Position numbers and translations under genes: made by a program. A model generated the notes under the pieces. That model saw nothing but the letters and a program-made list of their open reading frames with translations, was not told the origin of the DNA and did no database searches. A stretch of DNA of 56,647 nucleotides, counting the filler, from Catajapyx aquilonaris (Eukaryota), in the NCBI GenBank assembly GCA_000934665.2. It is 2 parts of 2 records of this genome, joined end to end, with 100 filler letters (N's around TTAATTAATTAA, not from the genome) between each part and the next. Parts side by side here need not be neighbours in the genome. Positions count along the whole stretch, not along the records: positions 1 to 28,138 come from KZ539251.1; 1 more part is not named here. One strand, written 5' to 3'. Each line of letters begins with the position of its first letter. The stretch's first letter is position 1. Shown one piece after another: positions 1-12,305 of this stretch.

Positions 1-169
1 AGTAGGGAGCCCTTGTTCCGAATTTTAAGTTCAACTTTTGGAATGTTTTTCACAGGCTCTGATTTGACTTAAGATTCACTACCCAACCACCTTAAGATAA
101 TCCTGCCCTTCCCATTGACCCGCTTTTGGGGAAGATCCGACCCGGGGCAGCCCGCCCCTGGAGTGATTT

Positions 170-350
170 GCGAGTGCTCATCAACATTTCTCATGAAGCA
201 AACTGGATTATTTTCACTGCCTGAATCCACTAGGAGCGCTACTCATTTTCCCAGGGCTTTCCTGGAAACGTGTAGAGCATAGTTCCAGGCACACCTCGGC
301 TGTATGACTTGGTGGCACCCGACCACGCAACAATTCGTATTAGACTTTTT
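170..350 (-). pseudogene. THAP zinc-finger domain relic (P-element/Kolobok-type transposon N-terminus)
   Basis: Reverse strand reads NCCVVGC..., then after a frameshift TMLYTFPGKPWENE*RS*WIQAVK: the C-x4-C...FP...R..W signature of THAP; stops present. Confidence 0.6.
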
Positions 351-795
351 CCGAGTGTCTGCCTGCCATGGCCAACAGCCTTTCGAGGACCCAAGAACTT
401 ACAACGCTGCCCGCTAGGTGGAGATACCTCCGCGTTTTCTGGGTGTCAATAAGAAAGAGGGCTCCACGAGGGCTCAGTTGGGGTCAGTTGGTGTGGGAAC
501 TGTGGACGTTCCGGATCTTCCTGATCTGAAAACGTGCAACTTCGAAAGAGACACGTACAGAAGCACTGAAGAAACACATCCTTCTCTTATAACTTTGGAA
601 AATTAGGACGGCGGCAGGTGAAGGAGTGAAGGTCAGTATATTGCATTATTTTCAGTTGTTTTATGGATTATTACTAGAGCCCGGATTTTTAGGCAACCAG
701 GTTGGTGAATCCCTTGGTGAAACCCGACCTTACAGTTAGGATGGTTATGTGACGGGATCTATCCGTTTCATAAAGGCAGGATATTGCTTGATTGG

Positions 796-1365
796 AACTT
801 CAGCATGCTGGATTTGGTACACAAGATGAACCGCATAGAACTGCTCGACCAATTGAAACAGCAGTTACAACAAGATGAAACCATGTCCCTGAAGTTTCCG
901 AAGAAAAATCGGGAGGCCAACAAAAGTGACATTCAGGATGTGTACATCCCAACTGTTTTGCCCAGCAATGCAGAAATAGAGACCTCTGTGCTACGGGCAA
1001 AGTCTGACGCACTTCACGACGTGGAGAAATTAGGTGTCTTGTGTAAGAAGAGTCGTGCTTTCAAATGCAATCTTCCCTCGGTGCCGTGGAGCGAAGATAT
1101 CTCTGACGACGAATCTGATAGTGACGGAAAAAGCTGGGAGAGACGTATACGCGAAAGGATTCATGAATCTGAAGATTCACATGAAGACTATTATGCTTTA
1201 TCCGACGATGAAATTGAAGAGGTCTCCGGAGAAGGCCTGGAAAGTTTGTGCTCCTTGCCATCAGCCATCAGACTCAATGACGAAAAAGAGGAAGTAGCGA
1301 GTGCATTCTGCAAAATTAGAGACTCCCGTGGGGATTATTTTGCTGTAAGGAAAAAGGAATGTTAA
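796..1365 (+). mobile_element. Decayed DNA transposase C-terminal fragment (P-element/THAP9-like group)
   Basis: NFSMLDLVHKMNRIELLDQLK ... LPS..EIE ... acidic tract ... VRKK resembles arthropod P-like transposase C-termini; no termini found. Confidence 0.4.
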
Positions 1366-2111
1366 ACTATTTTCTTGTGTGTCATTGCATAAGGCCACGG
1401 TACCTTTCAATTTTAGCGTATCGTCGTTAAATACGAAATGCGTCATCTGATGTAGAGCAACTCATGACGCATTTCAGCACATTAAAACTAACCATGTCCA
1501 ATCGAGATGACCTTTTCCTTGTTTTGCAGATTCAGCCTGCCACAATAACGGGTGTGATCGCTGCCCTGTGGGCAATGGGCCAGATGTCATGGCTGCTTCC
1601 AGCCATGGCATATGTTGGGACGCTGCTGGCCATGGACGCGGGGACCTCATTGAATCTGGCCAGGGTCCCAATATTGTTGTTGGCCATTGCCTATGGGGCA
1701 GTGGCCATTGCCATCGTCACTACCATAAATTTGTGCCGTGTAAGAATAATATTAACTTACTGTATAACTGTATACGTATAGCTATACTGTAGGGTCCTAG
1801 GCTCTGCATAATAATTATGGCATAATGACATGGGTCTATAATTAATTATATTCAGCCTCCCCCCCCCACCATTTTTTTTCTTTATACCCCAACCCATTTC
1901 CTTCATCCGGGGCGAAATAATAAACTGCCCCCCCCCCCTTCTTTCTTTTTAGGAGGGGGTGATGGCGGAGGGTGTTGTGGGAGGTGTAGGGGATCCGGAG
2001 GGGGCGGAGGTGATGCCAGAGGAGATGATGGATATTGAAAGGAGTGCTGGGGAGGAGGTATATGAAGCATTATTTAATCCTTCATCCGGGGCGAAATAAT
2101 AAACTGCCCCC

Positions 2112-2335
2112 AGAAGGAGTGAACCAAGGCAAGGTCAACGACAAGGACGCAGAATACAAAGAGAAGATGGCTGCAGACTTCAACAGGAGACACCGTGCAA
2201 GGCCCTTGGAGGTGATACAACCCCAGGAGAACGTCTGGTTGCCCGACAGGGGAGAAGAAGGGCAGCATCGGATGAACCCCGATCATATCAGGTGGCGACG
2301 AAGACGGGGACCTTCCGGAGAAATGCGTCAACTCA
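2112..2335 (+). mobile_element. Gypsy/Ty3 integrase C-terminal fragment
   Basis: KDAEYKEKMAADFNRRHRARPLEVIQPQENVWLPD is the typical K02A2.6-like pol tail. Confidence 0.65.
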
Positions 2336-2659
2336 TGACGCATGACTCATGACGGGGGGGTTATTATTATTACTATTATTATTATGGTACTTTGCAATCA
2401 TAAAGTCAATGGCTGCTATACCAATGTAAACAATATGTGGGTTTTTAATAAGTTATTTGTTTCTTGTGGCAATAGATGTGTCATGACCAAAGATTTAACA
2501 TGTGCGCAAGATGCCACAGTGTTTTGTGTTTCACACACTTTTACTTTGAATCACACCTGTATCGATACACGTGCCCCGAGTCTCTCAATGATTAGCCATA
2601 AAAATGGGAAAGTATCCAATATTATTGATTTATTTGTCTTTGCCAAGGTGTATTACCCA

Positions 2660-2970
2660 TAACTAGGAAAGCAAGAAAATGCAAGACAATCCGGATGATA
2701 ATCAAGTGTTCCTTGCGAAGTTTCAAAGTGGAAAACAGGGTACTGATAGCAATCACTTGGCTGATAACGATTTCATTCTTGTCATCCAAACTCATTTCCA
2801 ACTTTGCACGATGAATGAGTTTGTTCCGGATCAGGTCCTATTTCCTGACTCAACGCAAGGGATAAAGAGTTATGATTTCCAGTAGATACGAGTATCTGTT
2901 GTTGCACGAGATGAGTTTGGTGAAATTATCCCAGTTGCATGGTGCCTCAGTGACAGGGAAGACCAAGGCC
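2660..2970 (+). mobile_element. MULE transposase fragment
   Basis: DFILVIQTHFQ...DSTQGIKSYDFQ*...DEFGEIIPVAWCLSDRED resembles the DSTHG..YDF..DE.G.G.PVAW MULE core; stop/frameshift. Confidence 0.75.
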
Positions 2971-3559
2971 TTTCTTGCAAGGAAGCATGTGGAGAGGACT
3001 TGGCAAGGTAAACTTCACAGGATAAAAAGCAAAAAATTCACAACATTTTGCTTGTAGCTTTGAAGCAGTGGTAGAGAATGGGCTTAATGATATAGACGTT
3101 CAGGTGCAAATACTATCATAAGATCCACAAGCACTATACAGAAAATCTTGAGCGACAATTCATCATCAATATGGAACTACATAATAAATTTTTTCATGAA
3201 TACAACATCCACCAAGTAGCAGGAACAATTGGACTTTTGCACCATCCTTTTCTTCAGTATTTCTTGTAGCAGTCTAATGGACCAAGAATCGTATAGTGGT
3301 AGAACCGATCATCCCACAGAAAGGCCTGACTTTGCAGACTAACCAATGAATCACGGTTACTAACGATAGCGAAGGCTGCGTAGCTTAAAAGCGGACCAAC
3401 CCTCTTTCCTCAGCGGCTTGGTCGCCTATACTACCGCCACTGCGTAGTTACTGGCAACCGTGTACAATAAAGGATTCTCGTGCAATGAGGCTTGTTAGTG
3501 GGTACCAATGTCCAAACAGACTGAACAGAAAACCAACATAACCCTAATCTAAGCAACAG

Positions 3560-3863
3560 CATGATTGATGGCCGAAAACTAACAAAGGATTGGTTTTTCA
3601 AACAACTGCAAAATGGGAAAAGGGTCAAAAGGTCATGGCTAGGTTATAGTCAAACAAAAAACGCTTCATTTTGCATTCCATGTAGGCCATTTTCACACCT
3701 TCTAACAGACACAGAGTCAAAATTATTATTATTGGATAAAGCAGAAGGGTGGGTGCATTGGAAGAAGCTCAGTGACAGGATTCCAGACCATGAAAATTAC
3801 CAAAACCATAAACGTTGGTTTTTTACCTGGAAGACTCTAGAATCCTCAATAGCAATGGATTGA
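3560..3863 (+). mobile_element. hAT (ZMYM1-like) transposase N-terminal TTF-type zinc finger fragment
   Basis: WFFKQLQNGKRVKRSWLGYSQTKNASFCIPCRPF...G..HWKK..DRIPDHEN..NH...W. Confidence 0.75.
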
Positions 3864-3864
3864 T

Positions 3865-4172
3865 AGAGAGCCCTTGAGAGGTAGAATTGTACAAGTCACC
3901 AAACATCATTTTTGAGATGTTTCCATCAGAAGTTTGGATTCCTCATGTAAATCGAGGGTTAATGATACCCTTTACTGATGCTAACTCCAAAATTACAGAT
4001 TCCTCCTATAAATTTTCTTTCTCTGCAGGGCTCATTATGATGGTCTTTGATGTGGTTTTGCAATTAGAAGTCGTTAGGGGAAGAAATGCACGATTGACGG
4101 GGCTTAAAATAAACTTGAGCCATTTATTAGGAAGAGTGCCACCAGAAAACCTTCGGGATTCCTGAGCAGCTG
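3865..4172 (-). pseudogene. Candidate endogenous viral element: Mononegavirales/rhabdovirus-like L polymerase fragment
   Basis: Minus frame GGTLPNKWLKFIL...ENL*EESVILELASVKGIINPRFT*GIQTSDGNISKMMFGDLYNSTS resembles the GG..P..LK / L.S...PRF / G...NS pattern I recall from rhabdovirus L; two stops; motif-level only. Confidence 0.35.
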
Positions 4173-4459
4173 ATCATCTAATAGTAAGCATAGTGCGTGC
4201 CTACTACGAGCCCTTGCACTAACCCTATTTTTGACATTGCAACCACCACAATATTTCTGTAGCCCGGAGGCTGATATCCGTTTAATCCCAGCCTTTTGAG
4301 CGAGTACGTCACTATGGCAGGAGGCATGACGTCACATGGCGGTGGCGGGCGGACATGGCGGGGGGGNNNNNNNNNNGATACTGGGCTTCATCAAACTTGG
4401 CAAAAAAGCCTCTAAATTGAAAGTCGTTCCAATACCACTGTACCACCCAACTGGTACAG

Positions 4460-4892
4460 TGACTTGCAGCCTTCAGAGGAGGACATGGAGATGCCTTCCA
4501 CATCCGCTGCTTCAAATCCTCTACCCACTAGTCGTCCAGAGAACCCACCTGACAATGAGTTACTAGAAAGGTGGCGCCAGGTGTATGATGACGTCCGCAG
4601 CAACCTCCTGGAAAAACCTGAGGAGTTCTCTGAGGCAGTAAACAAACTTGTCACCAGATATGAAGGCTACAAGACAAATGCAGCCAAGGTGTCTGCCAGT
4701 GCTTCATTTGGCTGCTACTCAGGTGGAGGGCGCGCCGTGCACCAGCGCTATATAAATGTTCAGAGCACGGCTATTAGCCGCAGGAGAGTAGTTCGTGGGA
4801 AAACCCTGGGAGGACGCCGAGTTGTGGTAGCTGGGCGCCCACCGGCGTCCAGCTACACAGCTGAGCATATGCATGCCATAACAGCATTTTGA
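4460..4892 (+). mobile_element. MULE/SWIM transposase C-terminal fragment
   Basis: ...SASASFG...RYINVQSTAISRRR...G.R....GRPP tail; a homologous piece lies at 16845-17100 (-). Confidence 0.55.
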
Positions 4893-4921
4893 TCATTATA
4901 CTAAAAATGGCTTTATTTTAG

Positions 4922-6652
4922 CTCTGGGAGAAAACCTTGTCCACCTCCATGGAAGAGGCTGGACGAGAGGAGCAGAAGCTTGCCATTGAAGCGGGCCGTA
5001 TATATCGAGGCAAGCCCTGCACAAGAGTGGTCGTCGATAGGGGCTGGTCACAACGTTCGTACGGTCACAGGTATTCGGCCTTCTCCGGATGTGCCGTCAT
5101 AATTGGGTTTTATACGGGAAAGATCCTGTTTCTGGGGGTAAAAAATAAATACTGTTCTGTATGTTCCCAATTAGAGAGGCAGGGTAAAGACCCATCAAGG
5201 GTAAATCACTTGTGCTTTCGGAACTGGACCGAAAGTTCAACAGCGATGGAATCTGCCATTTTGGTGGAGGGCTTCCAACGCAGTTCCGAAATGCACGGGA
5301 TGATTTACAAGGAGTTCGTTGGTGACGGTGATTCGAGCGTTTACTCTGATCTCATGAGTAAAGTCTCATACGGCCTCACATACAGAAATTTGAGTGTGCT
5401 AACCATGTTGTAAAGAACTTTACTAAGGCACTTTACAACCTGTGTAATTTGGCACTCTACAAAAAGGTGGTAACTAAAGGTCCATTTGGTACTATCGCTG
5501 TTATGAAAAATGGTGCACGCTTAGCCATCAGGTGTAATGCTGCCCAAGGCGGCAGTCCCACACAGCTGCGAGAGGCTCTCATGGCAGTTCCAGAGCACGC
5601 TCTGGGTTTGCATGTGAAGTGTTCTTCTTCTGTGTGCCGAAAGGCAGGGACTACCGAAGAGAACAGCATTTACCTGAGGACTGATTTTGATTCTAAGAAA
5701 ATTGTGACTGGCATCATGGCAGCAGTCAGGTCCATGGCAGTCAAGTCCGACAGACTGTGCCTTGATGTGACAACTAACACCGCCGAAATGTTTATGCACC
5801 TGGTTGCAAAATGTGTCGGCGGAAAACAGGTGAACAGGTCGCAGCAGGGTTCCTACAACCGTCGATGCTATGCTGCGGCCTTGAGTCACACACATGGTCC
5901 AGAGTGGCACAATGTGGCATACAAACATGCCACATCTGTGAGCCCTGATGTAGTTGTTTAAAAAATGTTGATGCAGCGAAGGAAACAATTAGTTTACGAA
6001 GCCAAGAGGCGGCGTGCAGATGATGGCACCTCAGGAAACTTGGCCAAGCGGCGTCGGCTTGTATTTGATAAGGCACCCGAGCTTCCAGGGTCACAGGGAG
6101 ATCAGTTTTATGGTTCTCATCCCATAGACGTTGACATCTCAGAGGCCGAGATGAAGCGCCTGTGTGATGAAGAACTGGAAGACTTGTCTCTGAATGAGGA
6201 AGCAAGGAATCAGCTCGAGGAGAAGAGGTCAAGCGGATAATCCTCTCTGGTTCGAGGGCCGCAAAAAGAGACTGACCGCCTCTTCCTTCGGAGAAATCTG
6301 CAAGATGCGCTCTGACACCTCCTGCAAAGCGTTCGTGCGCCGTAAGCTATACCAAGCTAGTTTTAGCACTGCTAGCACTAGCTATGGTATAATGAACGAG
6401 TCTCACGCTCTCCTTGCTTACGAGGTTCAGAGGCCCCTAGCAGTTTTGCAGAAAGAAGTAAGGCTGTTCGTCCATCTAGAGCACTGTTTCCTTGCTGCCT
6501 CTCCTGACGGGCTGGTTGGCGATGATGGCATGGTGGAAGTAAAATGTCCTCATATGGCAGAAGGCATGACCATCGCTGACGCCGTGGCCAAGTTTCAGAA
6601 AAAGTATCATTTTTGTTTGGAAAAGGACGAAAAGGTACCATTGTACTTGTAA
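4922..6652 (+). mobile_element. Decayed Mutator-like (KolobokE/Phantom-type) DDE transposase followed by YqaJ (lambda-exonuclease-like) domain
   Basis: VVDRGWSQRSYGH, NKYCSVC, CFRNW..SS.AMES, VGDGDSS, ECANH, TTN.AE; then RLTASSFG, YGIMNE, FLAASPDG, EVKCP; broken by frameshifts and a stop into four ORFs. Confidence 0.8.
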
Positions 6653-7177
6653 CGGTAATACCGTACTTCACTCCACTTGCCCTCCCTCCTTCAATACATC
6701 CAGCCTAAAACAGCCAATCTATACATACGACCCTGTCATATCCTAGCTCTCCCTTATATTGCCCCCCACCATTCTGTTCAATTCTTGCTCTTCCCACCCA
6801 TAAAAACTTTCCCCAAACTTGTACACTGAACGACAACACCCTATTGCCCAACTTATTGCCCAAACGGTTCCTCCTAAAAAGACCACCTTCATCTTGACCT
6901 CGCTCGCCACCCCCCTCCCCCTTAGTCTTTAGGGGTCCTCCAGTTTTCTCTGGGCCCTTTGTAGGCAGTCTGGATTTCATCCCCATCCAGTTACCACCCA
7001 TCCTCCTTCTCTCCTCCCAAATCTACACCACCATCACCTATTCCTCCCCTCCATATACTTCGTATTATTTAGTCGTTTACGCCAATACATTTCTGTTATC
7101 CCACACTACTCTCGATTCCATATTTATTCCCCCCTCCCCCGTGACACTTATGCGTTTGTCCAGTGAACCCAACTAAG

Positions 7178-7710
7178 TGTTACAAAATGGCGCCCTTTTT
7201 CCCGCCTCGCTCCTCTAGAATGCCCAATGTGCATAGTGTGGTGTCAGCTTCGCCTCAGACTGCATCGAGCGCATCATCCTGGTCCATCACAGCAGCGGTG
7301 CCAGGTGATGCTGGGAGGACCCCTCTCAAGGTGAGGAAACCTCGAGCACGCGGGTGTGCAAGTGCGGCGAATGGCCCCTCCAGTGCCGGCTCGGATCCAG
7401 CATCCGGATGGACCGTGACCTCCATCCCGACCCTTCAACCCAGGGATCAACTCAGATCCGCCCTTGGGCTTGCCGACGCCTCCACCGAAGACGTAGCCGC
7501 CGCGGTACTCTCACTCAGTTTACTCCCCAACAAGGAGCCCGCACCTGGCATCTCCCCAAGCAGCATAACGTCATCTCTGTCACATCATCACGCCGGGTTA
7601 CCGGCCTCATCACCCCTGATCAGGGTACCGACGTTCACCCCCAGAACCGACGACACCGTCGACGGGTTCCTCGGTGCATTGGAAGACTTACCAGACTGCA
7701 ACCGGGGTAC
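7178..7710 (+). mobile_element. Possible LTR-retrotransposon 5' part (PBS-like TGGTGTCAG, gag-like fragment)
   Basis: TGGTGTCAG at about 7239; VPTFTPRTDDTVDGFLGALE is gag-like; weak. Confidence 0.3.
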
Positions 7711-7984
7711 CAGACTCCCACATGCTAAGTGGTCATCTCCCCCGCCATGCAGGGAGTGGCCAAACTCTGGCATCCCACAAGCCACAACCAGTGAAGGAAA
7801 GGGTCTCGGCAATAAAACACTTATGGCGGTGGGTTACCCCTTCTTTCAAACCAAGCCCACCCTGAGTCTGCTTCCCACAACGCTCCATCCTTGCCCGAGG
7901 TCAAAACGACTCTAGCGCCATCTAGGCGGATTTTCCGCGAACTGTTTGCGGCTGAATCGGGACCTTAAAATCGCGTGGTGGTTT

Positions 7985-8290
7985 AATATATTGTACCCAG
8001 CAAGGATGTTTTTTTTAAAAATTTGCCTCAAGTCAGAACAGGTTTTTCGTAAGGCGATGCAAAGGAGTGGGGGTAAGCCTATGAGAGAAAAGTTTTCCCT
8101 TCCTCACTAAGTCTCCTTGTCAACAAGGCATTCATTGGACCAGACATTTTTTGAGCAGCTACATGAGCACATGCAAGAACAAGAACCTTTAAATAACCAC
8201 ATACACCACCTTGTTCGTGCTGTTGCCTATTTGTTCTTGAAAGTCAAGTATCATTATGCTGGGAAACGCTCCAATGAGGAAATACACAAG
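7985..8290 (+). mobile_element. P-element/THAP9 transposase extreme C-terminal fragment
   Basis: LYPA...KICLKSEQVFR...FEQLHEHMQEQEPLNNHIHHLVRAVAYLFLKVKYHYAGK. Confidence 0.7.
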
Positions 8291-8299
8291 TCGTTGAGT

Positions 8300-8660
8300 G
8301 CATCTGAAAAGTGCTTGAGCATTGCTGCGGACCGACTCATGGTGGGCTCAAGTGAAGTGTTTCAGTGTTCATCCAGAATCCCTAGAAGCTTCATTGCAGG
8401 CCTTCTACATGACACACATAGACAAACCTGTCAACACCCTGAAGAGTCTACTGATGACCACACTTGTGCAGAGTGCCAGTCCAGATGAAGAATGGCATGA
8501 AGCTAGAGCTGTCAGGCTGTCTAGCACAAAAGCTCATGCCGTTGTGATCCGCCGGAAAGATTTTGAGAACCTTGCTCAGAGGTTCATTCGCAAGCAGCCT
8601 TTTGGAAATGCGGCCATGCGGTATGGACTCCTCAATGAAAAGGTTGCCCTAAAAACCATT
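8300..8660 (+). mobile_element. YqaJ-like recombinase/exonuclease domain fragment of a DNA transposon
   Basis: Q....EWHEARAVRLSSTKAH...FGNAAMRYGLLNE; truncated by an LTR-like piece at 8661. Confidence 0.7.
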
Positions 8661-8971
8661 TGTGATACAGTATGGCGCCTCATCCGCCGCAGGGACCCCG
8701 CAGTGTGGCTGGCGCCCCTAGTGGAAGAGGAGTGGTGCCCCGCTCTGGGGCGCGGCGTGGTGGGCGCCGTCGCTCTGCTACTGCAAGGGTCGTGGTGCCA
8801 GCGGCGGCGGGTTGGACGAGAGAGAGAGAGAAGGACTGGCGACCAGGGCGGACGCACTGTTGAGGGGTCTCTCGCTGTACAGATTTCTCTGAAGGAATAA
8901 ACGTGAGTAAAACGGACTTCAGAGTGTTTACTTGCATGCGAGAGGTACGAGTCACCCCTTCCTGCAATACA
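8661..8971 (+). mobile_element. Solo-LTR-like element
   Basis: TGT...ACA ends, AATAAA at 8896; its 3' ~60 bp (8896-8958) recur at 21589-21650; TSD not clear. Confidence 0.55.
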
Positions 8972-10059
8972 ATATTGGAGTAAACGTTTTGTTGACACTG
9001 TTTACACATTATCGTAACACTGTATTGTTGTGTGAGGTCATATCCGGAAACTTGACAAGTGTGAGGTTCCAGGGGTGCGATCGGCAGATTTCTGTTGACT
9101 AGGAGTACATGAGCGAAATAATGACGTCAATGGGAAGTTAGGCTGGCTGCCTCTAGTAGTGTAAGAGCCAAGGGCGTACTAAAATGATTTACACTTGATT
9201 CCCCCCCCCCCCCCCCCCACAAATACACGCCCGAGGGTGGACGCCATCTTCGATCAAATGCTGCACACCCGCGCATAGCGTTAAACTGCCGTATTTATTA
9301 TTTACTGCGACTGATTCTGGCTCAGTTTGGCCATTTGGAAGCTACCTGACTTGCTTCAAAAGTCATCTTTCGACGAGGACTGTAACGAGGCTGTACCTTA
9401 TGTGCATATGGATGCATTTTCCTGAGGGGGGGGGGGGGGAAACAACTCAAATTTGCACTCTTATTATGGCTGATGGTTCCCCTTAAAAGCAACAGCAATA
9501 TACATCTACTGTCTCCAGGAAAATGTATTTGACAGGGGGAAATTGAATCATCTCAAGGCAAGGGTGTGATTATTTCTTCGTTCTGCCATTACGCCCTCAA
9601 AAATCATTAATTCCTGTTAATAAGTATAGAGATATCTCGTAAATAACATTGACGCCAAAATACCTATGGATCAGAAGAACCACTACTGATGTGACATGTT
9701 TCCATAAGCCTATCACGAGATAATCATACATATAATATTGCACACTACTGTACCTGATGCACTAAAATTTTACCGTAAAAAGTGGCAAAAATCCCCAACG
9801 ACTCTGTGGTTATGATGTCACTTCAAGACAAGCATCCAGCAAATTTAGGTCGAATATAGCGGATAAAGTCAATCGGTTGCATATTTCATTTAAGCTGTTT
9901 AATTATACCATAAATACGCTACACAACGCTACTAATTTATAACAGGACGAGTTGTACGGAATTACCTTGTTTAATGTTTGATTATCCTACCTGGGGAGTC
10001 CGACCATAGGCTCTCCTCACATATTCCTAATTAGCTCCACCCGGTGACATGAAAGATCT

Positions 10060-10330
10060 TTGCAAGCAAGTTGTGTTAAGTTGCCTATCATTTGGTTTCC
10101 CACAAGACTCATCTCATATAATTAAGCCAACTGTGTAGGGAATTACAGATGCAAGTTGTTGCACTGTACCATAATGCCACAAGACTAGCATCCTACAACC
10201 AGCTGACATTGCTGCGATTCTCCCTATCAAAATTGCCCGGGAAAATACTCAAAAGTGGTTTCCGAGCGCGCCGTCTGTGTCCATCGAACCCAGACACAGT
10301 GGATTACACCAAGTGTCTGGGCGGAAGTCA
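10060..10330 (+). mobile_element. pogo/Tigger (DDE_1) transposase C-terminal fragment
   Basis: SSHIIKP...KSGFRARRLCPSNPDTVDYTKCLG resembles the GFR..GL.P.NP.A.DY tail. Confidence 0.65.
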
Positions 10331-10789
10331 ATTGAAAACTCGACCGAGGCCTATATGGTGTGGTCTCCAGTTATATGGCGCCCGAACTGGAGCAAGAATA
10401 TACCTTGTGTGGAGTCCGTAAGCTACAGGTCATCCTCAGTTTGTGTGTGTGTGGTCATACGTAGAGCCTGCCGCCACACATGGATCATCATACCATTCAT
10501 GTGGGAAAAGGTATCACCAGTGCATTGGACTTCTGCTCCAGACTGCAACACGAAAGGGCAAAGAAAGGCCAGGTGTGACCACAACACATGTCACATAGCC
10601 GACTGCCCCTGGCAAAATATGTTCCGAAAAGTGACAAGTGAAAGAAGATATTACTGTTCAAGCCAAGATCTAGAGTACTGTAAGGTCAGCCATCGCGCAG
10701 CTTGGGCCTATGCTCCTCCCATATTTCCGGCGGATTAAACGTCACGCGGTGATCAGGTTCTCCTACATTCCCAAATGTACTTGTTTCTT

Positions 10790-11200
10790 GTTATGTCCAC
10801 GAAACTGGATTCTTACTGCATATGTTATCGGACTTTTCGATAGGTGGTTCGACTTATTAAACTCACGTGTCAGATATGATAACCGAAGAAACACCGAAAT
10901 GCTTATGCCCAAATAGATTACCAGGTGGAGGTTTTAAATGACATGATTTCATTAGTCAGTAGCATGAAAGTAAACGGTAAGATCGGGTAAGATATACACC
11001 TTCCAGAATTGATTATTAATGGCGTGCAAGTCTCTGAAGGAGTTGCATGCAATGTTAAACCGTGATTTTTTATTTGAGTTCATTCCCACCCACTCCTTAA
11101 ATCAGGACGTGCTTGAACTGTTTTTTTTTTTTTGCCTGCATAAGCCAAATGGGAAGTGCACAGCATATTGTGCATTAATCAATTATTAGACCAATTCTTA
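10790..11200 (+). mobile_element. P-element transposase core fragment
   Basis: TAYVIGLFDRWFDLLNSR ... IPTHSLNQDVLELFF (T.RLNQD.LE.FF motif); heavily decayed. Confidence 0.75.
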
Positions 11201-11560
11201 TATAAAAATATCCCAGTTTCGTGAAATATTTACGATCTTTTCAATTAGCTTCAATCAGGGACCCCTTCATTCTCGTTGTTACAAACATTATGAGTGGTAT
11301 ATAGTACATGTACAAAAACTACTATAGGCTAATATTATGAAACTGTAGCAGGATTGTCTGCTCTTACATCAGCTAGTCCTGCAGCATGTGTGCAAACAGG
11401 CACCCCAAACGAGATAGATAAGACCTGACCAACAACTTCTGGTATAGGAAGTAAGCTGTTTTTAAAAATAACTATAATAAGCTGTTTCATTTCCATGCTG
11501 TAATCAAGTTTTGCCGTAAAAGACATTCACAAACATATACAATGTATTGCTTCCATAGAT

Positions 11561-11850
11561 ATGGACAAATACATCATGAGGTCACTGCAGCTCATGAAAG
11601 CCACTCAAATGCAGAATGGTGAGCAGCTGCAAACTCTAACCTTGATGGCCACCGGCATTGCCAATCACCTCAAGGTGAATTCCTCAGGCGGGCATGATAT
11701 GGATGGGGCTGGAGCTATTGAAATATCTGATCTGCCTATTTCGGAAGAACAGAACCAGCCAGATATTGAGGGGAAGCTGTCAGACAGGCTGTAGGCTACA
11801 AAGAAAATTTGGTAACACACATATACACGGTGGGTGCGAAGTAGGCACTG
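11561..11850 (+). mobile_element. DUF4806-like (CACTA-associated ORF) fragment
   Basis: Coiled segment followed by DLPISEE...DIEGKL; resemblance only. Confidence 0.4.
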
Positions 11851-11974
11851 GGAAATGGCTGTGACCTCTATATTGTTAATGCGAAATAATGAAAATAACG
11901 TGAACGTACACGTCATCAAATAGGATTTCATAATTCAAACACCACACGCAGTGGAAAAAAAGATGGCCGCTATG

Positions 11975-12305
11975 AGGTGCGGGATTCGGTGATTGCTCTG
12001 CAGAGATGGTGGCGTTCGGTGCGGGGAAGAAATGCCACATTGCGTCCGGAAACAGTCAAGAAGTGTCATGCAAAACTTATGACCACAGGTTCGGTTGCGG
12101 ACATCCACAGAAGTGGCCGTCCATCCACTTCCCGATCTTCCTGGCTGGGACGACGAGGACCTCATGAATGGGCTGCAAGAAGTCCAGATCTTACTCCCTG
12201 TGACTGTTTCCTTTGGGGATGGGCAAAGGAGGAGGTGTACCGGACAAAACCCCCTACATTGGAACAACTGGAGGCACGGATTCGCGACGTTATCACCAAT
12301 GTGTA
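11975..12305 (+). mobile_element. Internally deleted Tc1/mariner (DUF4817-HTH type) transposase
   Basis: N-terminal ...KLMTTGSVADIHRSGRP joined directly to C-terminal WLGRRGPHEWAARSPDLTPCDCFLWG.AKEEVY. Confidence 0.8.

Noticed and set aside
1899..2111. ~33-bp direct repeat (TCCTTCATCCGGGGCGAAATAATAAACTGCCCCC) as CRISPR-like
   Set aside because: Only two copies around low-complexity DNA in a eukaryote; no array or cas genes
7163..7915. 250-aa Ser/Pro-rich ORF as a host gene
   Set aside because: Low-complexity and GC-rich with no domain; best explained as LTR-element leader/gag debris
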